From: Cycas panzhihuaensis
Taxonomy: Eukaryota > Plantae > Cycadophyta
Assembly: GCA_023213395.1 (NCBI GenBank)
Contig: CM041465.1
Span: 132,749,741-132,813,740, forward strand
Direction: 5' to 3'
DNA: 64,000 nucleotides
Below the pieces are notes generated by a model. That model saw nothing but the letters and a program-made list of their open reading frames with translations, was not told the DNA's origin and did not search any database. Of the stretch, positions 56,301 through 64,000 are shown piece by piece; the first letter of the stretch is position 1; each line of letters starts with the position of its first letter. The translations under genes were made by a program, and so were the position numbers.

Positions 56301-58983
56301 CAAACAGAGCTAGAATATTTGGGGCATATAATATCTTCCGAAGGAGTGCGAATTGACCCAAAGAAGATCGAGGCGATTATCAATTGGCCCACACCTAAGA
56401 ATGTTACGGAGTTCGAGGATTCTTAAGAGCCAGTTCAGACGCAAATTTATCAAGGGTTATGCTCATATAGTTGCGCCTCTAACAGACTTGACAAGAAAAG
56501 AGGCATTTAAATGGGATCAATTAGCTAAGTGGCATTCCAACAACTAAAGATGCCTATGACTACATTTCAGCCTTGACTACCACAATTCTCAAAATCCTTT
56601 ACTATTGAATGTGACGCTTCTGGTTTTGGGTTGGGAGCAGTTTTACTACAAGAAGATCGACCACTAGCATATGAAAGTTGTAAGCTCAATAGCCGTGAGC
56701 GCCTCAAACCAATATACGACAAAGAAATGCTAGCGATTATGCATGCCATCCAACAGTGGCGACAATATTTGCTAGGAAATAAATTTATCGTCAAGACTGA
56801 TCACGACAGTCTGAAATATTTCCTGAATAAAAAATCCTTAACAGATGAACAACAAAAGTGGGTTAGCAGATTACAAGCATTTGAATTTTCGATAGTTTAC
56901 AAGAAAGGAAAGGAGAACATCATAGCAGATGCATTATCAAGATCCGTAGCAGAAGATCATGAAGAGAATAAAGTATCATTAAAAGGCATTACCATAATTA
57001 GCCCAGCATGGACGGAGGAACTAGTCAAAGGTTACGACAAGGACACTCATTCTCAAAAGGTGCTGCAAAAAATCAAGGAAGGGCTTAATACCAAGTACTC
57101 TCTCCAAGGAAATTTAATCTTGCGAAAAGGCAAGATGCTAGTGCCTGTAGCAGCGGCAATTAAAACAAAGATCTTAGAGGAGGCCCATGCGTCACCAGTG
57201 GGAGGCCATACAGGAGTAGACAAAACTTATCGCAAAGTTTAAGAAAATTTCTTCTGGAAATGAATGAAAGAAGAAATACAGAAGTTTGTAGCAGAATGTG
57301 ATCACTGCCAAAGAAATAAAGGAGAGAATGTAAAAGCTCCAGGTCTTCTTCAACCTCTACCAATTCCAAAACAAAGATGGGAGGAGATATCTATGGACTT
57401 CATCACGGTCGCCAAAATCAGAAGGTAAGGATACTATTTTTGTTGTTGTGGATCAACTAACCAAATATGCACATTTTAGGGGAACTCAAGCAACAGCAAA
57501 AGCTCCTCAAATAGCAGAGTTATTCATCAAGGAGATATATCGTCTCCATGGGTTTCCAAAAGTGATAGTTAGTGATCGCGATCCCAAATTCACCAGTCAT
57601 TTCTGGCAAGAATTGTTCAGATTGGCAGGCACGAAGCTTAATATGAGTTCCACGTATCATCCGCAATCAGACGGTCAAACAGAAGCTGTAAATAAATGCA
57701 TAGAGGGTTATTTACGTAATTTCACCACTCAAAGCCCACTCCAATGGCACAAATGGCTTCATTTAGCAGAATGGTGGTACAATACAACTTACCACACTTC
57801 GGCCAAGATGTCCCATTTTCAAGCATTATATGGATTTGAACCGCCATCTATTCTCAATTGGACTCAGGCATCCAAAGTACAATCAATTGAAGAGTATCAC
57901 CAACAGTCAAGGCAGATACTGGATACCTTAAAAGATAACTTGAACTTAGCTCGCAATCGAATGAAGCAACAAGCTGATCTTCAAAGACCAGAGCGTTCAT
58001 TCGAGGTAAGAGACTGGGTTTTTCTGCGATTACAACCCTACAAGCAGAATAGCCTAAAACAAACAGGGAGAAATAAACTTCAACCAAAATTTTTTGGACC
58101 CTATAAAATTGTGGCTAAAATTGGAGATGTAGCCTACAAATTAGAGCTTCCCAGTTGCCGAATATACAATACATTCCACGTTTCTTGCTCAAGAGGAAGT
58201 TAGGAGAAAGGGTATCGATCCGCATGTAACTTCCAATATTAGATGAGGAAGGAGGACTATCAATTGAACCGAAGGTATCCTTCGTAAACGTATCAAAAGG
58301 TTGCGTTCTCGTGAAATCACGTAATATCTTATCAAATGGAAAACAATGGACAATAGTGAAGCCACATGGGAATCAAGAATGGATACAACAAAGACAAAAT
58401 TCTACCGATGCTTTGGGGGCAAAGCATGTTTTGAGTGGGGCGGACTTGTAGCATTCCTAAATATGGTCATAAATATAGCTTATGACCATTCAAATCAAAG
58501 GTCTCGAATGACGATTCCAACGATCCGCACGAAAGTTAATTCGACATCCGTATCAAAAGTTATGACCATTTAAAGTTGGCTCGCTATTTTAGAGAAGTCC
58601 CGCCGACTTCTATTGGTGCGATATTAAGAATAATATCATCTTTTCTCGGCCGACTTGTATTGCTATCCGCTTGGTCCTATATAAGGAGGATTTGCAGCCT
58701 CATTTGATCATCATCGAAGAAGTCTTGGACTGCAATATTTTCGGCCCTTTTGAGGAGCTTGTGGAGGGAACCTCGCCTCGAAGAGGGATTCTTTATCGCC
58801 GAATTTACGGATCTTTTGGTAACGTTGTATCTATTACTTTATATTCATTTCATACCATTTTATATTTGTATTCAAGTGGATTTGTATTATTGCTCTCTTG
58901 ATTAGATATTTTGCAAGTGCATTTGGTGGATATTTTGTCTATTTCTATAAAATCTGTTAGAAGAATTCTGTGAGGTTGCTACA
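53392..58983 (+). mobile_element. Young full-length Ty3/gypsy chromovirus (Reina-like)
   Basis: LTRs 53392-53936 and 58447-58983 (TGTAGC..GCTACA). TSD TTTTC at 53387-53391 and 58984-58988. Perfect PBS TGGTATCAGAGC at 53939-53950; PPT GAGTGGGGCGG at 58433-58443. Confidence 0.97.
54050..58432 (+). pseudogene. gag-pol with chromodomain, broken by many 1-nt deletions (possibly sequencing artefacts)
   Basis: Gag 54050-54812; CFRCGGKYNREHIC knuckle; LVDSGSTHNF protease (about 55211); RT 55720-56420; RNase H (YDKEMLAI, KTDHDSLKYFL); integrase (SDRDPKFTS, YHPQSDGQTE, GPYKI); chromodomain (YLIKWK..SEATWE). Confidence 0.93.
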
Positions 58984-60909
58984 TTTTCTTACTAAAAATA
59001 TGGTTACATGGGCGAAATGAAATAGTGTAAGTAAAAAAAAATAGGGAGGCTAGGCACATAAAAGACTTACTCATGAATTCAATCATTCCAAAGTGCATTG
59101 AATTCTCATGGAATACTTTACATATAGTAAGCAAAAAATCTTAATCATGATAACAAAGGTAGTAGTTTGAAATACTAGGGCAATAAATTTATAAAAGAAA
59201 AGTTGATGAGAAATGGTCAATTGCCTTGGATGATGCGTGTTTATTAATACACATTCAAAATAGTGTGAGGTATCAAATACAGTATCTACCTTTAAGTTCA
59301 TTGTGACTTGCATCTCACTTCCTGTTCTTTTATTTGAGAACATCTTTCTTGATTCAATGGTAGTACAAAGCACAGATGCGTAAGCACTTGACCTTCCAGT
59401 CCATGTTTTGTAGTTTTGCGTTGTATCACAAGCAAAGTGGGGGTGTGAGGACTGCTCGCACCTAAATCTTTGAACACTCTCACACTAATTCCTTATTTTC
59501 TCTTCGTAAGATGTAGGGGTAACTTTATGAAAGTTTCCAAGTTGTAGGTGGAATCCCGTCACTAACTTTAACAATTGTGATCAGACTAATAACTTTGTTT
59601 TAGCGGCTAGGATCTCTCCACTAATTCACCTTTTTTGTAGCTTGTGTCCAACAATGTTTTAGGCTTTAATCTATCACACTGCAGCCCTTGTTTACTGTAT
59701 AGAATTAGAAACTCTTAGACTATTAGAAAAAATATCTTCTTTCAATATTTACTTGAATCGTCTTCAAACTATGAAGATGGTCACCCAACAAAAACTAGAA
59801 ACTTAAAGAGTTTAATTGGTTCTAAAAAATTTTAAGAGACTAGCCTTTCGTGGGTTACAAGTATATAGTGTAATCACTTAAAACTTATAGCATGTATGTG
59901 TTCAACTTGATTCTATAATAGTTTTCTTTGAATTAAAATGTTTACACTATCAAAATTGTTACTCTTTGATAAAAACCCTAATTGGCCAAGATCATGCTTT
60001 AATACCACTTGTAATAACCCTTCAAGGTTACACGCTTCTTCTACAACCAAATAACAAAAAATACTCGAGTATCACCAATTAACAAAAAATGAAAACTATA
60101 AAATATTAGTAGCAACTTCAAATTACATTGAAAAGAAAAAATACTTAAATGCTAAAAAATATAGCAATACACAAACTAATGAAATAATAATTAACATGAG
60201 GTTTTTATAATACAATGAAATAGTATCAAACATGCAACTTGTCTCTATTACAACATATCCATAAGATAATATAATATCTTTTATAATTGTTGTCCATTTT
60301 TTAGTTAAGTGAGACTTTACAAATAAAACCTCATTTTAAAGAAGAGAATAGTTGAAAAAACTTCAAAAGCCAATTCTTTCAAATGACCCATTCATTACTT
60401 CTATATTGTCATTAATTATTTTAAGTTAAGATTAGCCTTAAAATAATTAATATTTTATAATGAATTTGTCCTCTAATGACTTGTACTTGTAACTACAAAC
60501 GTAAAATTGAGATAATTTTCTTATATATTATCAATTTGGGACTTACAATCACTTGTTTTGAAACTAATAAAAAGCTTCATACCATGATCTATATTGTATA
60601 ACTCGACTTCCTTTGTTTTAAGATTGTAATTGTAAAATAGTCAATATCTATTTATTTTTAAAAGTACAATGGCTTACTTGGTGGAGGGAGAGGAAGCACA
60701 GGTATACAACAATCACCCCCCTTTAAAACATATTTTGCTTTTAAAGCATAAATATAGGTGGATGATATGTTACCACCGTAATTCAATTTCCACTTGATGT
60801 ATATGTTTAGGGGTCAAGACCACTTAGTTAACTTGGTTGTAGATCAATAATAGAGTGTAATAGAGATGATGTGGTGGTGTATGACTTTAAATAAAATTTA
60901 TTTTAAATT

Positions 60910-61079
60910 AGGTGCTGGGGCATGTCGACAAGTATCTACGCTATGGTGTTAGAAGTCTCAGGTTTGACCCTCATGGGAGATTATATGAGAGAATTAGATG
61001 AAAGAGTAACAAGCCTTGACAAATAGGAATTTGATTCCATCTGCTCGATACATACTGTAAAAAAAAAAAAAAAAAAAAA
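60910..61079 (+). mobile_element. Probable tRNA-derived SINE with poly(A) tail
   Basis: A-box-like TGGGGCATGTCG (about 60916), B-box-like GGTTTGACCC (60961-60970), A21 tail at 61059-61079, similar AT-rich flanks (degenerate TSD). Confidence 0.55.
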
Positions 61080-62078
61080 CTCATTTTATATTAAAATTTG
61101 GTACAATATTTTTAACCAATAATATGGATTGTGGTCTTATTAAGTATTGGTGTGATAAATGCTTATTAGTTATGACATTTTATTAAGTTTGCATAGGAAT
61201 GAAGTGTCAAACACACAAATTTTACAGTACTCATTTAATGTTGGATTAATGGACATTATTTTTAGATTTATATTGATGTTTTTTTAGAGGCCAACAAGGG
61301 TGGATCAAATGGTGGTATCAATACACATATCCATCTTTGGATTCATTTGACCATATTTCAAAACATTGTAAGAAATTATAACCTTAGAAATCAACTTACT
61401 TATAAAGACTGAATTTTGTGTAGAACTTTCCTTATCACAGCAAAGCTATAAGAAAATTATGCACCACTCTTTATTATAAGAATGTGAGGATTTTTGCATG
61501 GAAAATGGAGAGCCTTTATAAATGTATGTATGAATGAAACAACTTTGATTTATTTGAATTACATGGCAATTTATTTTAGTAATTTTACTTACTTAAAATA
61601 ATGGCTATTTTATAAAATATCGGTTATCAAAATGAATCATTGGATTGTGTCATAAAACCGTTCAATTTTGAGTTCAAATTGAGTTGAACACCATCCCGTA
61701 AGTACCTCTGAGCTTCATTGTTTCTTTAGAGGATAGTTATATCACCCTCTTTACCTTGAATCTAAAATTTCCAAAATTTTCAGTCACATCGTCTTTAACA
61801 TTTATTTGGTTCGCAAAATGTTGATTCGTTTAAATTTATGCAAGAGTATCAGGTGAAGGAGGCAATTTCCATACATTAAATTGATTTAGAAATTTCTACA
61901 GGGAAAAGTATAAGAACGCCCTAGAAAGGCCTAGAAAATAAAATAAAATAAATGTTGCGATGAATAGAAAATACAGGACCTGGAAAACCATTTTGGTAAT
62001 CTTCCACACCATATATTAGAAAACAGACTGAACGGTAAATTTGGGACAGAGACTGGGAAAGCATGGGAAAGATGGTGG

Positions 62079-62251
62079 CTAAAGATTGAAGCTGATGGAG
62101 TGAAAATTAAATGCAACAGAGCATCTGAGACCTGGTAAGGAGCTGTGATGCCTGCATGCGGATGCCACACTCTGCTGCATGCTCTCTGGTCCACATACTA
62201 AAACACCCACATTCCTTCCACCCATATTCTTTGCAAACTGATCAATAATAC
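62079..62251 (-). CDS. FRO: Ferric reduction oxidase last exon (FRO8/FRO6-7-like C-terminus)
   Basis: VGVLVCGPESMQQSVASACR...FNFHSISFNL*; stop TAG at 62079-62081; in-phase AAG acceptor at 62252. Confidence 0.9.
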
Positions 62252-62437
62252 CTTTGATTTTCACATGCCAATCACAGACAAACCCTAAGTTAGTAGATCG
62301 ATTAACCCTTTAAAATGAACTTTTCTATCTCAAGGTGGATTAATATTTACTGAAAACAAAATACTTATTAGGAAAATTTGCAGAATACTTCTTGCCATTA
62401 AGTCTAATGTTTTGTTAGTATAGGGAATTATAGTCAC

Positions 62438-63189
62438 CTTGAAGATCAGGTCGTTGGCCATAGCAAATGCTGCTGTTGCTCAAAATAGTGTGGCGTAGCT
62501 GCAGCTGATCATGCACTTCTAATGGTACATCGCCTTGCATCTTATACACTTCTCCAGACTTAAATTTTGCCCCGAGTTTATTGGTGTTCTTCCTGTTCCA
62601 GGCCACGAAAATTAAGCCTCCAAATATAACTATCCCCACAGTCATACAGATAATTGTGATAAGCCCTCTAGCCCACCATGGGTACTCTTCATAAGAATTG
62701 TGATCTTTTGGATATATATAGAAATGATTTAATAAGCCCATCAAAGTGAGGTATCCTAGGATCGAAACAGCAATTATTGCGCCCTGCCACAATGTATTGT
62801 TTATGCTTGATACGGAGTGCACACAACCTACAACACCATTGGCTTCCTGCGAGTTTACTGTTTTCTCACGGTTTTGGAATAAATCAGTTCCATTATGTGA
62901 TGCCATTTCCATCTCTAATTTACCCATTTCAGAATCCGGGGCTTCCACCCTGGTTACATATGCCTGTACCTCTAATTTCAACACTTCGGAATAATTTGGA
63001 CATATCGTTGATGGGGATATTAGGTTTAAGATGCAAAGTTGTTCGGTTTGTTTGACTGACCAGATGAGTATCACTTCACTTGGAATATGGTCTTCATTTC
63101 TACTGCTATGCTGGTGAAGTACTTCAGATAAAATGCTCAACAATGGAGCTATTCCACTCCCCCCACCTATTAATATCAACGTGTCATAT
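62438..63189 (-). CDS. FRO: Ferric reduction oxidase exon (NAD(P)H-binding domain with plant-FRO two-helix hydrophobic insert)
   Basis: YDTLILIGGGSGIAPLLSIL, LIWSVK, YVTR, YGQRPDLQ; acceptor TTGCAG| at 63190, donor AG|GTGACT at 62437; phase consistent with neighbouring exons. Confidence 0.93.
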
Positions 63190-63509
63190 CTGCAAGCAGA
63201 AGTACATGCCAAATCAGATCCGTTGCAAATCATTAGGAGAAGAAAAGGAAATTTTCACAATATTTGGAGTATTTTTCAATTTTCTAATGTTCACTTAACT
63301 ACCAGATTCTAGTATATTAAAAATAAACAAGGGTAGCCTTGAGCTTCACCGGGCTACAAACTTAGGGCCTATATTATGTGCGCATGCAAGGTGATGACAT
63401 GGAATTCAACCAGTGGCTGTTAGCCTTAAGTGCCACAATATAACCACTTCATCTGTTCTAAGTACGTTTTAATCTTTGCCATTTAGTCTTGAAATCGAGA
63501 GATGCTTAC

Positions 63510-63762
63510 CTTAAAAAGTAGCTGGATGATGGACCATATGGACCTTCAATAGCCACTTCAAGATGCAAAGGACTCTTCGTAGAGTTCAAATGGCCCATGA
63601 AGTTCTCAAGCTTTTCTGTCCAGCTTTTTTGGCACTTAATCAATATTGAAAATTGATCCAAATCAATTCTTGAAGTAGAAATAATACTGAAAGGGTGCCA
63701 TTCCAGATGTGATAAAAATGGTATCTTCAAAAGAACCACACTTAAGGGCTTGTACTCCAGAC
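63510..63762 (-). CDS. FRO: Ferric reduction oxidase exon (FAD-binding domain); gene continues beyond the window end
   Basis: EWHPFSIIST and IEGPYGP motifs of the ferric reductase/NOX family; acceptor TGCAG| at 63763, donor AG|GTAAGC at 63509. Confidence 0.93.
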
Positions 63763-64000
63763 CTGCAGGAATACAGATTGTACTGTTGGCATTCTTATGT
63801 TTCTTTTGATAGCAGTTGTTTCATTCTTCATTCCTGTTCTATAAATCTTCAATGTTCTTGTGCTTTTGTATGGGCATATTTTCATATCAGAGTTGGTTCT
63901 AATATTTTCCTTTAGGAGAGGAGAGAAGAAGGAAGCAGAGGGGGGTTACAAAATCATGATTTCAAATCTGAGACTAATGTTCAAACACGTCCATAACAAC

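Larger units (their letters stand above)
41509..59859 (-). mobile_element. Probable retroelement-derived unit (about 4.4 kb after removing two nested elements) carrying a long non-gag/pol ORF remnant
   Basis: TGTAAC at 41509 and GTTACA ending 59859. - strand coding-like fragments at 53019-53207, 43453-43653 and 42310-42678. No TSD match. Confidence 0.45.
38570..60846 (-). mobile_element. Very old LTR element (outer shell of nest B)
   Basis: Diverged ~800-bp direct repeats at about 38570-39375 and 60010-60846. PBS-like rev. GCTTTAATACCA at 59996-60007 abuts TG at 60010. Boundaries approximate; no TSD seen. Confidence 0.7.

Noticed and set aside
63190-63233. Start codon of the 272-aa ORF as a gene start
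   Set aside because: Intronic; homology and the splice acceptor begin at 63189

Overview
AT-rich nuclear DNA from a large-genome land plant (gymnosperm-like by element types; inference). About 90% of the window is LTR-retrotransposon debris. (1) A CRM-like Ty3/gypsy element at 827-7767 (- strand, TSD ATTAT). (2) An old non-autonomous LTR element at 9182-12692 whose LTRs contain an internal PBS, plus a tandem PBS array at about 9913-10019. (3) Nest A: an old + strand chromovirus (about 15385-37447) interrupted by a non-autonomous element (16317-20228, TSD GAGAA) and by a - strand chromovirus (20342-36216). The latter carries a tandem TRIM-like repeat with 5S-rRNA-like sequence (23792-24675) and a long-leader Ty1/copia (27324-35648, TSD GAAAA). 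(4) Nest B: an old LTR pair (about 38570-39375 and 60010-60846) encloses a TGTAAC..GTTACA unit with a long non-gag/pol ORF remnant (41509-59859). That unit is interrupted by a second long-leader copia (43687-52067) and a young Reina-like chromovirus (53392-58983, TSD TTTTC). The only host gene is the 3' part of a ferric reduction oxidase (FRO) gene on the - strand (three exons, 62079-63762), with a tRNA-derived SINE just downstream. Most interesting: a ~440-nt conserved, hairpin-rich non-coding module about 130 nt upstream of gag in both long-leader copia elements; PBS multiplication and capture into LTRs; and the 5S-like tandem TRIM.
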